Shown: positions 9,916 through 21,916, numbered from the stretch's first letter. The stretch is 32,000 bases of DNA from Methanothermobacter thermautotrophicus str. Delta H (GCF_000008645.1 NC_000916.1:150001-182000); one strand, 5' to 3'. Notes: generated by a model from the sequence alone, not told the origin. Made by a program: numbers and translations.

Positions 9916-11544
9916 TTACATCATGGGGGGCATTCCACCCATTCCACCCATTCCTTCCATATCCTCCTCGTCCTTGGATGAGACATCAAAGCCCCTGGCG
10001 GCTATCATGTCATCTATACGGAGGATCATCTCAGCTGCCTCAGCTGCAGACTGGATGGCCTGTTTCTTGACCCTCTGGGGTTCGATTACTCCGGCCTCCT
10101 TCATGTCGACGATGTTACCATCGAAGACATCGATTCCCATGTAGGGTGATTCCTCATGGGCTGCCCTGAGGTCAACGAGGACGTCGATGCTGTCAAGACC
10201 TGCGTTCTCTGCAAGGGTCTTTGGCACGATTTCGAGGGCGTCTGCAAAGGCGGATACTGCCAGCTGCTCCCTGCCGCTTATGGTGTCAGCATACTCACGC
10301 AGTTTCCTGGCGATTTCAACCTCAGGCGCTCCTCCGCCTGCAACAACCTCCCTGTCCTCAAGTGTTGATGCAACGACTCCTATTGCATCCTCAAGGGCAC
10401 GCTCCATTTCCTCTGCAACATGCTTCGTGCTTCCCCTCAGTATTATGGAGATTGCCTTGGGGTCCCTGCATTCCTCAATGAATGTGAGGACCTCATCAAA
10501 GATCTTCTTCTCGTAGATAACACCGGCCTCTCCCAGATCTTCTGCTGTGAGGTCATCTATGTTGGTGACGAGTCTTGCGCCTGTGGCCTTCTCAATACGT
10601 TTGATGTCTGACTTCTTGACCCTCTTGAGGGCCATTATTCCCTCACGTGAGAGGTAGTGGAGTGCAAGGTCATCGATACCCTTCTGGCAGAACACGACGT
10701 TGGCGCCTGAGCTCTTTATCTTCTCAACCATGTCGCGGATCATCTGCTCTTCCTGTTCTATGAAGGCCTGCATCTGTGATGGGTCTGTTAGCCTTATCTT
10801 GGCATCGGTTTCAAGGTCCTTAACCTCTATCGGATACTTGAGGAGGGCTATCCTGGCTTTTTCGATTCTCTTTGGCATTGAGGTGTCTGCCCTTGACTTG
10901 TCAATTACTATGCCGTTCACGATTCTTGACTCGTTCACTGATGCGCCCTGTATCCTCTGTATGTTAATGTTGTCCTTGTCGATTTCACCGTCCTCTTCGA
11001 CCTGCATTACTGCGTCAACAACGAGTTCAGCAAGTTTTTCCTTGGCCCTCTCTGAACCCTTTCCTGTCATTGCAGTTATTGCGACCTTCATGAGGGTGTC
11101 CCTGTCGCTTGCTTCCATTGATATCTCTTCAAGTATCTCCTGGGCCTTCAGTGCTGCATTCCTGTAACCAAGTGCTATGATTGTTGGGTGCACACCCATT
11201 TCAATGAGTTTTTCAGCTTCCTTGAGCAGTTCACCTGCTATTATGACTGCAGTGGTTGTACCGTCCCCCACCTCGTCTTCCTGGGTCTTTGCAACCTCCA
11301 CCAGCATTTTTGCTGCGGGGTGTGAGATGTCCATTTCCCTGAGGATCGTAACTCCATCATTTGTAATCACGATGTCTCCAAGGGAGTCAACAAGCATCTT
11401 GTCCATACCCTTGGGTCCAAGGGTTGTCCTCACAGTCTCTGCAAGAACCTTACCCGCAAGGATGTTGATTCTCTGTGCTTCCCTTCCAACGTAACGGCTT
11501 GTATCCTGTGGTAATATGAATATGGGCTGCTGTCCCTGTGCCAT
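9916..11544 (-). CDS. thsA: Thermosome (group II chaperonin) subunit
   Basis: 542 aa from [15 protein letters not shown]; [34 protein letters not shown] motifs and C-terminal [10 protein letters not shown]. The upstream in-frame start at 11574 is unlikely. Confidence 0.95.
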   Translation of the reverse strand: MAQGQQPIFILPQDTSRYVGREAQRINILAGKVLAETVRTTLGPKGMDKMLVDSLGDIVITNDGVTILREMDISHPAAKMLVEVAKTQEDEVGDGTTTAVIIAGELLKEAEKLIEMGVHPTIIALGYRNAALKAQEILEEISMEASDRDTLMKVAITAMTGKGSERAKEKLAELVVDAVMQVEEDGEIDKDNINIQRIQGASVNESRIVNGIVIDKSRADTSMPKRIEKARIALLKYPIEVKDLETDAKIRLTDPSQMQAFIEQEEQMIRDMVEKIKSSGANVVFCQKGIDDLALHYLSREGIMALKRVKKSDIKRIEKATGARLVTNIDDLTAEDLGEAGVIYEKKIFDEVLTFIEECRDPKAISIILRGSTKHVAEEMERALEDAIGVVASTLEDREVVAGGGAPEVEIARKLREYADTISGREQLAVSAFADALEIVPKTLAENAGLDSIDVLVDLRAAHEESPYMGIDVFDGNIVDMKEAGVIEPQRVKKQAIQSAAEAAEMILRIDDMIAARGFDVSSKDEEDMEGMGGMGGMPPMM

Positions 11545-11714
11545 TAAATCACCTCTTAAATAAATAGCATGCAATTATCCATGGGTTTAAGGTTCTATAA
11601 ATAATTTGTGTAGAAGATCCTGTGGGTTTCTGGTTTCTGCAGACTTACTGGAAGAGTTGCAGATGGATTCCTCTTCCTGGAAATAAATAATTGACTGGAG
11701 ATGGTGGCGTGTGG

Positions 11715-12128
11715 TTAACGGTTGGGGAATATCTTCGGCAGGAAGGTCTGACAGAAGTCTGGTGTAATCTTTGAGGTTTCATGCTCAAGTTTTTCCACTA
11801 TCTCCTCTTCGAGTTCAGGTGTCTTTGATGCCTCAACAGTGAAGGTCTCGCCGTCGATCCAGAGCCTGAGTGACTCCTGACCCATGGTCATACTGAATTC
11901 AACGGTGTTACCCCTTTCAATATCGCTTATTATATCATCCAGGATATCATCTGATAGTTTCAGGAGCTTCCTGCCCTCCGGTTCATAGGTTCTCTTCGAG
12001 GTCCTGATACGGGTTATGCGCACCGGTGCGCACCCCTCTTCCCTTATTGTCTTCCTTACGGTCCAGAAGAGGCTCACAACAATTTTCTTCTCAGGGTCAT
12101 GACTGCCCTTAAATTTGATTGATTTCAT
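11715..12128 (-). CDS. Uncharacterised small protein
   Basis: 137 aa intact ORF between thermosome and fprA; consistent codon usage; no motif recognised. Confidence 0.6.
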   Translation of the reverse strand: MKSIKFKGSHDPEKKIVVSLFWTVRKTIREEGCAPVRITRIRTSKRTYEPEGRKLLKLSDDILDDIISDIERGNTVEFSMTMGQESLRLWIDGETFTVEASKTPELEEEIVEKLEHETSKITPDFCQTFLPKIFPNR

Positions 12129-12179
12129 TAAATCACTGCATCCTTTAAACTATGTTTCCTGCATTACTCATTTTGAAAG

Positions 12180-13400
12180 CTACATTTTCTTTATCCTTTC
12201 ACCGACGCTCTTCCCGATGCTGTAGCATTCATCCAGGTCTCCGGAGGTGGGGACATAGTTAACCTCAAAGGTTTCAGCAACCTCGAATCCTGCACCTGAG
12301 AGCTCCTCCTGAAGGGTTCTCACTGCACCGCCACCCCATCCCTTTGATCCGAATACAACTGCAAGCCTTTTAAAGCCTGTGCGATCGAACGTAAGTCCTT
12401 TGAGATAATATATAAGGTCACCGAGGCTTGGGAATGGTCCGTTGAACATTGTTGGGCTTCCTATGAATACTGCCTTGCTCTCAAGGATATTCTTCACAAT
12501 CTCACTCCTCTCATCCTCATGAAGGAAGTGCATCGACACATCCACGTCCGCTGCCATGAGACCCTCGGCCATGGCATGTGCCAGCATCCTGGTGGAGTAG
12601 TGCATGGTGTCATAGATTATGGTGGCCTTGTCCCTGCACTTCCCGGTGGCCCAGTCAGTGTATGCAGCTATTATCTTCAGGGGCTCGGTCCATATCTGGC
12701 CGTGGGAGGGCGCTATCATCCCTATCTTCTCAAGGAGGCCCAGTTCCTTAACCTCACTGAACTTCCTGAGTACAAGGGGGGAGAGTGGTGTTAAAAGGTT
12801 TGCATAGAATTTCATGGCAGCATCCATCAGTACAGCTTCAGGGACGTCCTTATCAAAGCGTTTGCTGATGCAGAGGTGCTGTCCGAAGGCATCATTTGAG
12901 AAGAGAATACCTTCCTCCTCGAGGAGGGTGAACATGCTGTCTGGCCAGTGGAGCATTGGGGCCTCAAGGAATGTGAGGGTCTTTCCCCCGAGGTCAGTGC
13001 TGTCCCCTGTTTTAACGGTCTGCATCGGGGTATCCTGGGGTATGGAATAGTGCTGCCTGAGGCCCTCAGCTGCCTTTGCGGTGCAGATTATCTCTGAACC
13101 GTACCTTTTGAGGACCTCGGTGATGGAACCGCTGTGATCCCTTTCAATGTGGTTCTGTATTATGAGGTCAATCTTTTCATCCCTTCCTTCCCTTTCAAAG
13201 GCGTCGGTTATCCTTCCAAACATCTGTGAAGAGGTTCCGGGGTAAGTGTTGTCAACAAGGGCCACCCGTTCATCCCCAAATATGAGGTAGGTATTGTAGG
13301 TTGTGCCTCCAAGGGTGTAACCATGGTAGCTCCTTATGTCCCAGTCCATCACACCAACCCAGTAGACACCATCCGCAATTTTTACTGCATCAGCCTTCAT
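12180..13400 (-). CDS. fprA: Flavodiiron protein FprA (coenzyme F420H2 oxidase type)
   Basis: Metallo-beta-lactamase-like domain ([44 protein letters not shown]) plus flavodoxin domain ([18 protein letters not shown]). ATG 13400 preferred over GTG 13412. Confidence 0.92.
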   Translation of the reverse strand: MKADAVKIADGVYWVGVMDWDIRSYHGYTLGGTTYNTYLIFGDERVALVDNTYPGTSSQMFGRITDAFEREGRDEKIDLIIQNHIERDHSGSITEVLKRYGSEIICTAKAAEGLRQHYSIPQDTPMQTVKTGDSTDLGGKTLTFLEAPMLHWPDSMFTLLEEEGILFSNDAFGQHLCISKRFDKDVPEAVLMDAAMKFYANLLTPLSPLVLRKFSEVKELGLLEKIGMIAPSHGQIWTEPLKIIAAYTDWATGKCRDKATIIYDTMHYSTRMLAHAMAEGLMAADVDVSMHFLHEDERSEIVKNILESKAVFIGSPTMFNGPFPSLGDLIYYLKGLTFDRTGFKRLAVVFGSKGWGGGAVRTLQEELSGAGFEVAETFEVNYVPTSGDLDECYSIGKSVGERIKKM

Positions 13401-13440
13401 ATTAAACACCAACTTACTGTATGTTGAACTTCATTATTAA

Positions 13441-13513
13441 ATTATACAATTTTATGGGGTGAGGTGGTGCTGATTTTGGGGGGGGTGATTATACAATTTG
13501 TGGTGCTGATTTT
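13441..13513. repeat. Imperfect direct repeat (ATTATACAATTT ... GTGGTGCTGATTTT) x2 upstream of fprA
   Basis: Copy 1: 13441-13452 plus 13464-13477. Copy 2: 13488-13499 plus 13500-13513 without the 11-nt insert. Read directly. Confidence 0.75.
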
Positions 13514-13639
13514 TCAGGCTGGAATGGGTCATGTTCTCTTTCTTTATGCCAGAAGAACGAATTTTTGTAGCAGACAACTAGTCTGCCAGTAAATATGATG
13601 TGATGTGCATTCAGATGTTTATTAATTAAAAAAAATAGT

Positions 13640-14452
13640 TTAGAGCTTCCCCCTTTCTTCCAGCTTCTGCCTTAACTTCATGAATTTTGATCGGACCGTT
13701 TCATAGCCCTTACTGTAGAATGGACAGCTCTCTATGCAGTAGGTGCATCCCTCACTGCACCCAAGGCATCTATCCTCAAGGAGCAAGACTGTGGATCCAC
13801 AGCAGGTATCCACCTCCACCAGGGCATCCTCAGGACAGGCCTTTATGCATTTACCGCACCTTGCACAGTACTCAGGGATCCATGAATGCTCACTGGCCTT
13901 CTGAGGAAGGTTGGATATGCTCGTGAGCACTGCAGATACTTTCTGGGCCGGCCCTGTCTCCGGACCTATGAGAAGGCCGTTAGTCCCCTTAAAACCAATA
14001 CCTGCATTCTGGGCCAGGGATGTGAGATCCAGGAGTCCACTCATGGGGTGGATGGCCACGGCACCGTACCCATTCTCTCTGAGGTAATCTGAAACCCTGA
14101 AGGTTAAATCGGCAAGTTCATCGTAGAGTCTGTCATTCATGGCCTGGGCCTCCTCCCTTGGAGGAGTGCCTATAAGTTCATCATCCATCTTCAATGTGAG
14201 TACCACGGCGTTCTTATACTTAAAATCACCTGCAAGGATAACCTCTGGGGTTATGGACGCATAACCCATGCTGGCTATGCCAAGTGAACGTGCGTAATCC
14301 TCAAGTCTGCTAAGGAATTCTCTGCTGGCTGTGGTGGATGGTGTTTCAGGTTCAGGGACCTCTGACTGGTCAGGGTACTCAAGAAATCCACAGCTGCAGC
14401 TGCAGCCACTGATGGTGTTCTGTGCATCTCCACAGCAGTTATTTTCCTCCAT
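13640..14452 (-). CDS. 4Fe-4S ferredoxin-domain protein related to epoxyqueuosine reductase (QueG)-like proteins
   Basis: [16 protein letters not shown] and [17 protein letters not shown] clusters; [18 protein letters not shown]; Cys-rich N-terminus [18 protein letters not shown]. Confidence 0.8.
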   Translation of the reverse strand: MEENNCCGDAQNTISGCSCSCGFLEYPDQSEVPEPETPSTTASREFLSRLEDYARSLGIASMGYASITPEVILAGDFKYKNAVVLTLKMDDELIGTPPREEAQAMNDRLYDELADLTFRVSDYLRENGYGAVAIHPMSGLLDLTSLAQNAGIGFKGTNGLLIGPETGPAQKVSAVLTSISNLPQKASEHSWIPEYCARCGKCIKACPEDALVEVDTCCGSTVLLLEDRCLGCSEGCTYCIESCPFYSKGYETVRSKFMKLRQKLEERGKL

Positions 14453-14549
14453 TTAATCACCTCAGTTTACATATGAATGGATGTTCATATTTATATTTAT
14501 GGATATAGTGTCCATGTGTTTTCACTATCCGTATGAATGTTTGCCCGGT

Positions 14550-15077
14550 TCACTCCTCTATCTCGTACTCAAATTCCCAGAAGGGGGTGCCCTCTGATTC
14601 CTCACCCTCGAGGTGTTCCATCTCATGGGCAACTCCATAGGCACCTGAACCCGTGAACCGGAGGGGTTTTTCCAGTCTCTTTAGCCGGATCTTAAGGTCA
14701 AGGGGGTCAAGCACGGCCCTCAAAATGTAGTCACCATCCACAACAACACGGTAGGGCCTGCTCACAAGCTCTCGCTCGTTCCTGGAACCGCACTTCTCAA
14801 AGCGGTAAACGGTTCCCTCCTCACTGATTATCCTGGGATTCAGAAAAAGGTACACTATCTCAAGGGTACGGCCGATCATCTCATCCTCATCAAAGCGGGT
14901 GACCTTCTCCTTGATGGCCATGAACCGGCTGGAGTTCTTCCTCAGACTCCAGTCCCCACCGAATCTTATGGAGAAAAGAAGGGGGAGGAAGGCGTCGGGG
15001 GGTATCTGGAGTTTCTCGATAACCCTCTTCTCAGTAATGGTGAACCTGAGGAGTTTCTTCAGGTCAGCATCGTCCAA
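14550..15077 (-). CDS. Uncharacterised protein
   Basis: 175 aa intact ORF, TTG start, 51 bp downstream of cpgS. Confidence 0.6.
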   Translation of the reverse strand: MDDADLKKLLRFTITEKRVIEKLQIPPDAFLPLLFSIRFGGDWSLRKNSSRFMAIKEKVTRFDEDEMIGRTLEIVYLFLNPRIISEEGTVYRFEKCGSRNERELVSRPYRVVVDGDYILRAVLDPLDLKIRLKRLEKPLRFTGSGAYGVAHEMEHLEGEESEGTPFWEFEYEIEE

Positions 15078-15128
15078 GTTATCACCATTCCGGGCGTTCT
15101 CTGCCTCTACTCTGGGGGTTCACTGAAT

Positions 15129-16517
15129 TCAGGGCGTCTTTCTGAGGTTGAAGTCGGCTATCGCCCTTTCCACCACGGAGATTATTGCATCATCAAGTTC
15201 ATCCTGGGCACCATCCCTCACAACCGGGATGTTGTCGCAGTATATGACCTCGAGTCCAGCCTCAAGGGCGTCCTTCGTTGCAACGTCAACTGCAGCGGCC
15301 TTGAGTTCAGTTAGCATCACATCAGCGTCCTCTATGTACCTTTCAATGTCCCTCTGAAGCAGTGGCCTGTTTGAGAGGTGTGGTGTGGTGCCCACAACCC
15401 TGCAGCTGTACTCTGATTCAAGATATTCAACCAGGAGGTCCTTCACTGAGTCAGGGGCTGTTGTTGCAAAGAGCACATTCTTACCCTCAATCTCACCCAA
15501 GGGCTTTGGTCTGAAGACAGTTGTTATAACCTCAGCTTCGGGGTTTATGGATTCAATGAAATCGACTATCTCCCTGACCTTTTCATCCCCTGCCATGGGC
15601 TCCTCGCACATGGTGACTATCACAAGGTCCGCAAGTCCAATCCTGAAGGGTCCGAAGAAGTTCTTTATGTTTATAAGTGGCTGGTTTGCACCGACAAGTA
15701 CTATGTGGCGGTTTGATTTCACCGGAGGGATGGCTGCACCGCTGCCCTCAAGGATAACAAAGTCTGCGTCCAGTCTGTTGGCGGTTTCAGCGCCACGCTT
15801 CATGTTTGTTATGAAGACATCTCCCACCATACCTCCCCCGCATCTTCTGCAGCCAACGGTGAGTATCCTGCTCATGAGTGCATCCTCCCAGTGGTCAGAG
15901 GCTGCATGCACACCCTTATCTGACTGCTCCATGAGAAACTCGGGGGTTATTTCGATCCGGTCGCCATGGACGATCTCGGGTTCCTCGGGACCCCCACGGC
16001 CCATAGCAACGACACAGGGGTTGTACTGGCGTTCGTGGATCAGTCGGGCGGCATAGGCGGATACTGCAGTTTTACCTATCCTCTTACCCGTGCCCAGTAT
16101 CTTGAGTGAGGGTTTCTCAAGTATGTCATACTCTGTCAGGGGCTGGAATTCGAAGTCCGGGCCCCTGTAGACTGCACCCTCACCCAGGACAACTGAGGCT
16201 ATCCTGAACCTCTTGGAGTAGTCAAGGACAGGTTCATCACTGAGGTCCATGACGGTATCTGCACCATACTTTCTTATGAGTTCTCCTATGAGTTTGTAGG
16301 GGATCCTGTGGGGGTCATCCCCGAAGTGGACCGGTCTGCCCATTATTTCAGTGTATTCCTCAGGGGAGGATGTCCTGAGCTTCTCTGTCCCACCAATAAA
16401 GATCAGGGCCTTCACATCAATGTGCTCCATTGAGTCAAGGGTTTCAACTGCTGCTCTTGTCACAGGCAGGTAGTGCTCTCCATCAACAAGACAGATCATG
16501 GTTTCTGTGGCCTTCAT
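15129..16517 (-). CDS. cpgS: Cyclic 2,3-diphosphoglycerate synthetase
   Basis: 462 aa from ATG 16517; [20 protein letters not shown]-loop, [21 protein letters not shown]; recognised as the methanogen cDPG synthetase family. Confidence 0.82.
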   Translation of the reverse strand: MKATETMICLVDGEHYLPVTRAAVETLDSMEHIDVKALIFIGGTEKLRTSSPEEYTEIMGRPVHFGDDPHRIPYKLIGELIRKYGADTVMDLSDEPVLDYSKRFRIASVVLGEGAVYRGPDFEFQPLTEYDILEKPSLKILGTGKRIGKTAVSAYAARLIHERQYNPCVVAMGRGGPEEPEIVHGDRIEITPEFLMEQSDKGVHAASDHWEDALMSRILTVGCRRCGGGMVGDVFITNMKRGAETANRLDADFVILEGSGAAIPPVKSNRHIVLVGANQPLINIKNFFGPFRIGLADLVIVTMCEEPMAGDEKVREIVDFIESINPEAEVITTVFRPKPLGEIEGKNVLFATTAPDSVKDLLVEYLESEYSCRVVGTTPHLSNRPLLQRDIERYIEDADVMLTELKAAAVDVATKDALEAGLEVIYCDNIPVVRDGAQDELDDAIISVVERAIADFNLRKTP

Positions 16518-16686
16518 AAACAAACACCTGTTATAAATAACTCTGTTATAGATATGGGATTGGTGCTATTAAAAATAGGCGGCAAGTACTGATAAGAATA
16601 ATACGGGTATAAGTAATAAATATGTGGCTGGCACCACTGCTGACTAACTGGAACTGGCGGTTCTTGCTGGCATGTAGGAGGTTATT

Positions 16687-16995
16687 TTACTTTGCCTCGA
16701 GCCTGGCCTCCATCTTGACGACTTCTTTCCTTGATCTCCTTGCAAGTTCTGAGAGGCCATTCACAACATTTGGTGGAAGATTGTTACCTTCTTTCCTGGC
16801 GAGGATCTCTGAGATGGCGCTTGAGAGCACAAAAATAGCGTACTTATGTTCGGCCTTGGTACGGTGGATGTGGTGGGGGCTGATGTTCAGGGAGAAGTAC
16901 TCCTCGCATTCATCCTTTATATCATATCCATTCTCAAGGTACTTCAGAACATATACCAGAAATTGGTGCAGTTGTATCATTTCATCCTTATACAT
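16687..16995 (-). CDS. UPF0058 family small protein
   Basis: 102 aa, MYKDEMIQLHQFLVYVLKYLE N-terminus characteristic of UPF0058. Confidence 0.75.
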   Translation of the reverse strand: MYKDEMIQLHQFLVYVLKYLENGYDIKDECEEYFSLNISPHHIHRTKAEHKYAIFVLSSAISEILARKEGNNLPPNVVNGLSELARRSRKEVVKMEARLEAK

Positions 16996-17246
16996 GGTTA
17001 CCAGCCTCAGTCTCCTTATAAGTGTGTATTAAACTTATTATTTAAAAATTTTGGTCCATTAGATGCCCCCTAATCCAAATTAAGGAATGACCACAGATTA
17101 ATATAAAAATTGCAAATGGTAGTCATATCCATGGGATGAATTCCAACCATCAACCAATGTTTAAGTGAAAGCATATAAATAAATGTTTATATTACTGGAA
17201 TTCTTCAAATTATTAAATGATCCGGTGTGCCCCCTAAATTCTTAAA

Positions 17247-17286
17247 AGGGAATGGCTCCATAAAACTAACCATTCGCCCTAACTTT
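17247..17286 (+). promoter_or_regulatory. Potential stem-loop followed by a T5 run in the hisD leader
   Basis: AGGGAATGG (17247-17255) can pair with CCATT-CG-CCCT (17270-17280, two-nt bulge), followed by AACTTTTT. Confidence 0.3.
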
Positions 17287-17303
17287 TTCACTGGAGGATG
17301 CTG

Positions 17304-18578
17304 ATGAAGATAACAGAATTTGATTACAGACGGATTTCTGAACTCGTTGAAAGAGCAAGGCTTGACGTCGATGATGTCCTTGGACCCGTGGCAGACATCA
17401 TATCCATGGTGAGGGATGGAGGTGACGATGCCCTCAGGGAACTCACAGGGAGATTCGATGGAGTGACCGTTGAGAACTTCAGGGTCAGCAGGGAGGAGAT
17501 AGAGGAGGCCCACAAAAACCTTGAACCCGGGGTGAAGGAGGCACTCAGGGAAGCCGCCAGCAACATTGAGGAATTCCACAGGATGCAGATGCCCTCAGGC
17601 TGGATGTCTGAGGTTAGACCCGGGGTCATGGCCGGCCAGCTGGTGCGCCCCATTGACAGTGTGGGCTGCTACATACCGGGTGGAAGGGCTGTGTACCCCT
17701 CAACGATACTCATGACCGTGATACCTGCAAGGATAGCAGGTGTTGAGAGGATAGTATGCTGCACCCCGCCGGCACAGGACGGCTCGGTACCCGACGCGGT
17801 TCTTGTGGCAGCCGACATGGCAGGGGCCAGTGAAATATACCGTGTTGGGGGAGCACAGGCCGTTGCAGCGATGGCCTACGGCACAGAGACCATCAGGCCC
17901 GTTGATAAAATCGTTGGACCTGGCAACATATTTGTAACCGCTGCAAAGAAACTGGTCTACGGTGAAGTGGACATAGACTTCCCTGCAGGACCCTCAGAGG
18001 TCCTTATAATCGCCGATGAAACTGCCAGTCCAGAGTACATCGCCCTCGAAATACTTGCACAGGCAGAACACGACCCCCAGGCTGCAAGCGTCCTTGTCAC
18101 AGACTCCAGGGACCTTGCCCTTGAGGTGAAGGAGATGGTCCATGAAAACATTAAATACATGGAAAGGGCCAATATCATAAGGGAGTCCCTTGAAAGGTAC
18201 GGGATGATAGTTTTAACAGCTGATATTGATGAGGCTGTGGACTTCAGCAATGCATACGCCCCCGAGCACCTTGTTATAATGACGGATTCTCCAGAAGAAA
18301 CATTGGAGGGCATCCGTAACGCGGGATCCATATTCCTGGGGGAACTGTCCCCTGTGGCTGCAGGGGATTACGGTTCAGGCACAAACCATGTGCTGCCAAC
18401 CTCGGGATGCGCAAGGATGTACTCGGGTCTCTCCACAGAATCCTTCATCAAAAAACCAACAGTCCAGAGGATAACCAAGGAGGGCCTCAGAAACCTCCAG
18501 GGCACCGTCCTGAAACTTGCAGAGTACGAGGGCCTCCATGCCCATGCTGAATCCTTCAGGAGGAGGCTGAGGGACTGA
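17304..18578 (+). CDS. hisD: Histidinol dehydrogenase
   Basis: [62 protein letters not shown] motifs. Start at 17304 (GGAGG 6 nt upstream) rather than 17298. Confidence 0.95.
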   Translation: MKITEFDYRRISELVERARLDVDDVLGPVADIISMVRDGGDDALRELTGRFDGVTVENFRVSREEIEEAHKNLEPGVKEALREAASNIEEFHRMQMPSGWMSEVRPGVMAGQLVRPIDSVGCYIPGGRAVYPSTILMTVIPARIAGVERIVCCTPPAQDGSVPDAVLVAADMAGASEIYRVGGAQAVAAMAYGTETIRPVDKIVGPGNIFVTAAKKLVYGEVDIDFPAGPSEVLIIADETASPEYIALEILAQAEHDPQAASVLVTDSRDLALEVKEMVHENIKYMERANIIRESLERYGMIVLTADIDEAVDFSNAYAPEHLVIMTDSPEETLEGIRNAGSIFLGELSPVAAGDYGSGTNHVLPTSGCARMYSGLSTESFIKKPTVQRITKEGLRNLQGTVLKLAEYEGLHAHAESFRRRLRD

Positions 18579-18671
18579 TTGATGAAGGCAGATTAATCTG
18601 CTGAACTCTGATAATGCATGGTTTCATCAGAGACCTTAAATATTCACTTTAAACTGTTAGAGGTGATTTGA

Positions 18672-19985
18672 TTGTTACTTGGAGATCTTAGAAGGACTCA
18701 TTACTCAAAGGACATAGAACCGGAGATGGATGGAGATGAAGTCACGGTTATGGGCTGGGTCCATGAAATAAGGGACCTTGGAGGGATAATATTCGTACTC
18801 CTAAGGGACCGTGACGGGCTCATACAGATAACAGCCCCCAGTAAAAAGATTGAAAAGGACCTCTTCAAATCCATAAGGAAGCTCAAAAAGGAATCCGTGG
18901 TCGCCTTTGGTGGTACTGTGCAGGAGTCAGGCAAGGCACCGGGCGGATTTGAGATAATACCCTCCTTCCTCAAGGTACTTAACATATCAAAGCAGCCCCT
19001 CCCACTGGACCCAACAGAGAAGGTTAAGGCTGAGATAGACACAAGACTCGACGCAAGATTCCTTGACCTCAGAAAACCATCCGTAAGCGCAATATTCAAG
19101 ATAAAAAGCAGAATGCTGCATTCAGTCAGGGTATTCCTTGAAGAACAGGGATTCCTCGAGATAAACACCCCAAAGTTAGTTGCATCTGCAACAGAGGGAG
19201 GTACAGAGCTTTTCCCCATAACCTACTTTGAGAGGGAGGCCTTCCTCGGCCAGAGCCCACAGCTGTACAAGCAGATCATGATGTCAACGGGCCTGGACCG
19301 TGTGTACGAAATCGCCCCAATATTCAGGGCAGAGGAACACGACACCCTCAGGCACCTCAACGAGGTCATATCAATCGACATCGAGGCATCCTTTGTTGAC
19401 CACGAGGACGTGATGAAGATACTTGAAAACCTCGTGGTGAGGGTCATTGAAGACGTGAATGAGCACTGCACTGATGCCCTGGAAACCCTTGGAAGGACAC
19501 TGGAGGTGCCTGAAACACCATTCGAGCGCCTGGAGTATGATGAGGCCGTTGAAATGGTTAACTCAAAGGGAGTTCCGATGAAACATGGAGAAGACCTCCC
19601 AAGAGCCGCTGAGAAGGCCCTGGGTGAGATCATGGATGGCTACTACTTCATAACATCCTGGCCAACCGCCATAAAACCATTCTATGTCATGCCAGACGAG
19701 GATGACCCTGAGAGGAGTCATGCATTTGACCTCATGTACAGGGACCTTGAGATATCCTCAGGGGCCATGAGGGTACACCAGCATGACCTCCTTGTTGAGA
19801 AGATAAAAAGACAGGGTCTTAACCCTGATTCATTTGAGAGCTACCTTTCAGCCTTTGAGTACGGCATGCCACCCCACGCAGGATGGGGACTCGGTGCTGA
19901 GAGGTTCAACATGACCCTCACAGGACTTAAAAACATAAGGGAGACGGTCCTCTTCCCGAGGGACAGGAGGAGGCTCACGCCGTAG
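18672..19985 (+). CDS. aspS: Archaeal-type aspartyl-tRNA synthetase (probably non-discriminating)
   Basis: Class II motifs: [67 protein letters not shown] start. Confidence 0.95.
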   Translation: MLLGDLRRTHYSKDIEPEMDGDEVTVMGWVHEIRDLGGIIFVLLRDRDGLIQITAPSKKIEKDLFKSIRKLKKESVVAFGGTVQESGKAPGGFEIIPSFLKVLNISKQPLPLDPTEKVKAEIDTRLDARFLDLRKPSVSAIFKIKSRMLHSVRVFLEEQGFLEINTPKLVASATEGGTELFPITYFEREAFLGQSPQLYKQIMMSTGLDRVYEIAPIFRAEEHDTLRHLNEVISIDIEASFVDHEDVMKILENLVVRVIEDVNEHCTDALETLGRTLEVPETPFERLEYDEAVEMVNSKGVPMKHGEDLPRAAEKALGEIMDGYYFITSWPTAIKPFYVMPDEDDPERSHAFDLMYRDLEISSGAMRVHQHDLLVEKIKRQGLNPDSFESYLSAFEYGMPPHAGWGLGAERFNMTLTGLKNIRETVLFPRDRRRLTP

Positions 19986-19996
19986 GTGATAATTTG

Positions 19997-20614
19997 ATGG
20001 GAGCATCCACAGGCCAGGGCTATGAAATAGCAAGGAAGAGCAGGGAGATAGTGAGGGAACTCATCTCCGAGGATATATCCTCGCTGGGTCCCGCTGAGGT
20101 GGCCATAGTTGAAAGGATAGTCCACTCCACCGCCGACCCGGAATATGCACGTATAACAGAATTCAGCCAGGGCTTTGTTGATGAGGCACTCAGATCCCTC
20201 AGGAGTTCAGGCGGGATACTCACAGACATTGAAATGGTCCGCGCAGGCATATCACATCCCTCCCGGTGCTACATAAGGGAACCCGCTGTGAGGGAGCTTG
20301 CAGAGAAAAGGGACATCACAAGGGCCGCTGCTTCAATGGAGTACGCCGCCAGCCAGGGATTCCGGGGGATCGTTGTCATAGGCAACGCACCGACAGCCCT
20401 CATGAAGGTGATTGAACTAACCCTTGAAGGCCTGATGGATGCCAGGGCCGTTATAGGTGTGCCTGTGGGCTTTGTAGGTGCTGCAGAGTCTAAAGAGGCC
20501 CTCAGAGGTACAGAAATACCTCATATGATAACCAGGGGTCCCAAGGGGGGCACACCAGTCGCAGTGGCGGCTGCAAACGCACTCATAGCATTATCCAAGG
20601 ATAAAGAGGTTTAG
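19997..20614 (+). CDS. cbiC: Precorrin-8X/cobalt-precorrin-8 methylmutase
   Basis: [65 protein letters not shown]. Confidence 0.93.
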   Translation: MGASTGQGYEIARKSREIVRELISEDISSLGPAEVAIVERIVHSTADPEYARITEFSQGFVDEALRSLRSSGGILTDIEMVRAGISHPSRCYIREPAVRELAEKRDITRAAASMEYAASQGFRGIVVIGNAPTALMKVIELTLEGLMDARAVIGVPVGFVGAAESKEALRGTEIPHMITRGPKGGTPVAVAAANALIALSKDKEV

Positions 20615-20625
20615 AGGTTTTAAAA

Positions 20626-21888
20626 ATGAAGTCAGAGGAACTCTTCAGAAGGGCCAGTAACGTCCTCCCGGGGGGTGTGAGTTCACCTGTGAGGAGGTTC
20701 GACCCCCACCCATTCTTTGCAGCGGGGGGCAGCGGATGCCTGCTTGAAAGCGTGGATGGTGAAAGCTACATTGACTACTGTCTGGCCTATGGCCCCCTCA
20801 TACTGGGACACGCCCACCCACGTGTAGTTGAGGCTGTGAATGAGCAGATAAAAAGGGGGACAACCTACGGTGTTCCCACAGAGGGGGAGATAGAACTTGC
20901 AGAGGCCATCATCGAGAGGGTGCCATGCGCTGAGATGGTGAGGTTCACAAATTCAGGGACTGAGGCCACCATGGCCGCTGTGAGGCTTGCCAGGGCCTTC
21001 ACAGGGAGGGACAGGATAGTTAAATTTGAGGGATCCTATCACGGTGCCCACGACTACGTCCTTGTGAGGCCGGGTTCAGGGGCGGCCACAGCACCTGATT
21101 CACCTGGAATACCAGTGGATACTGTCAGAAACACCCTGACGGTACCATTCAACCATGAGGAGGCAATGGCTGAACTCATCGAGGGGGCGGGTGAGGATAT
21201 AGCGTGCATACTGGTGGAACCTGTCATGGGAAACATAGGGTGCATAGAACCTGAAAATGGTTACCTGCAGTTCCTGAGGGACATAACACGTGAAAATGAT
21301 ATCATCCTCATATTTGATGAGGTGATAACCGGATTCAGGCTTGCACCAGGGGGTGCCCAGGAGTACTACAGGGTTGAACCCGACCTTGTAACCCTTGGAA
21401 AGATAGTTGGAGGCGGCTTCCCAATGGGGGCACTGGCAGGCAGAAGGGAGATAATGGAAAATATATCACCTGCAGGTAACGTCTACCAGGCAGGTACCTT
21501 CAACGGGAACCCTGTATCTGTAACTGCAGGTCGTGAGACCCTCAGACTCCTTGATGGGAGGATGTATTCTGACCTTGAGAGGAAGGGGTCGACGCTGAGG
21601 GCTGGTCTCAGGGACCTCCTCTCTGACCTGGACCTTGAATACCAGGTCACCGGGCCAGCATCAATGTTCCAGTTATACTTCACAGGGGAGGAGGTCAGGA
21701 ACTATGGGGATGCTAAAAAATCCGATACAGTGCTCTTCATGGAGTACTTCCATGGCCTGCTTGAGAGGGGGGTATTCATACCACCGTCCCAGTTTGAGTG
21801 CTGCTTCATATCGGCTGCCCATGAATCAGAGCACATAGAGGCGACCCTTGAAGCTGCCGAGGAGGTTCTCAGCGGCCTTAAAAATTAA
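20626..21888 (+). CDS. hemL: Glutamate-1-semialdehyde 2,1-aminomutase
   Basis: [12 protein letters not shown]-like [37 protein letters not shown]; [10 protein letters not shown]; [13 protein letters not shown]. Confidence 0.96.
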   Translation: MKSEELFRRASNVLPGGVSSPVRRFDPHPFFAAGGSGCLLESVDGESYIDYCLAYGPLILGHAHPRVVEAVNEQIKRGTTYGVPTEGEIELAEAIIERVPCAEMVRFTNSGTEATMAAVRLARAFTGRDRIVKFEGSYHGAHDYVLVRPGSGAATAPDSPGIPVDTVRNTLTVPFNHEEAMAELIEGAGEDIACILVEPVMGNIGCIEPENGYLQFLRDITRENDIILIFDEVITGFRLAPGGAQEYYRVEPDLVTLGKIVGGGFPMGALAGRREIMENISPAGNVYQAGTFNGNPVSVTAGRETLRLLDGRMYSDLERKGSTLRAGLRDLLSDLDLEYQVTGPASMFQLYFTGEEVRNYGDAKKSDTVLFMEYFHGLLERGVFIPPSQFECCFISAAHESEHIEATLEAAEEVLSGLKN

Positions 21889-21916
21889 TTAATTTTTTTG
21901 ACTGAAATTTTCAGAA

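Noticed and set aside
9857-10144. 95-aa ORF (+) at the end of the thermosome gene
   Set aside because: Ile/Pro/Ser-rich translation is the reverse complement of the thermosome GGM-rich tail.
13687-13926. Cys-rich + strand ORF opposite the ferredoxin gene
   Set aside because: Composition follows from the antisense of the Fe-S cluster codons; no independent evidence.
16622-17073. ORFs on the + strand (136 aa, 75 aa) over the UPF0058 gene
   Set aside because: The - strand 102-aa ORF has a clear family signature and start; the opposite frames are antisense artefacts.
17324-21683. Antisense ORFs inside hisD, aspS, cbiC and hemL (for example 17324..17653 -, 18701..19219 -, 19223..19633 -, 21483..21683 -)
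   Set aside because: Ser/Thr-rich translations typical of antisense reading of well-recognised genes.
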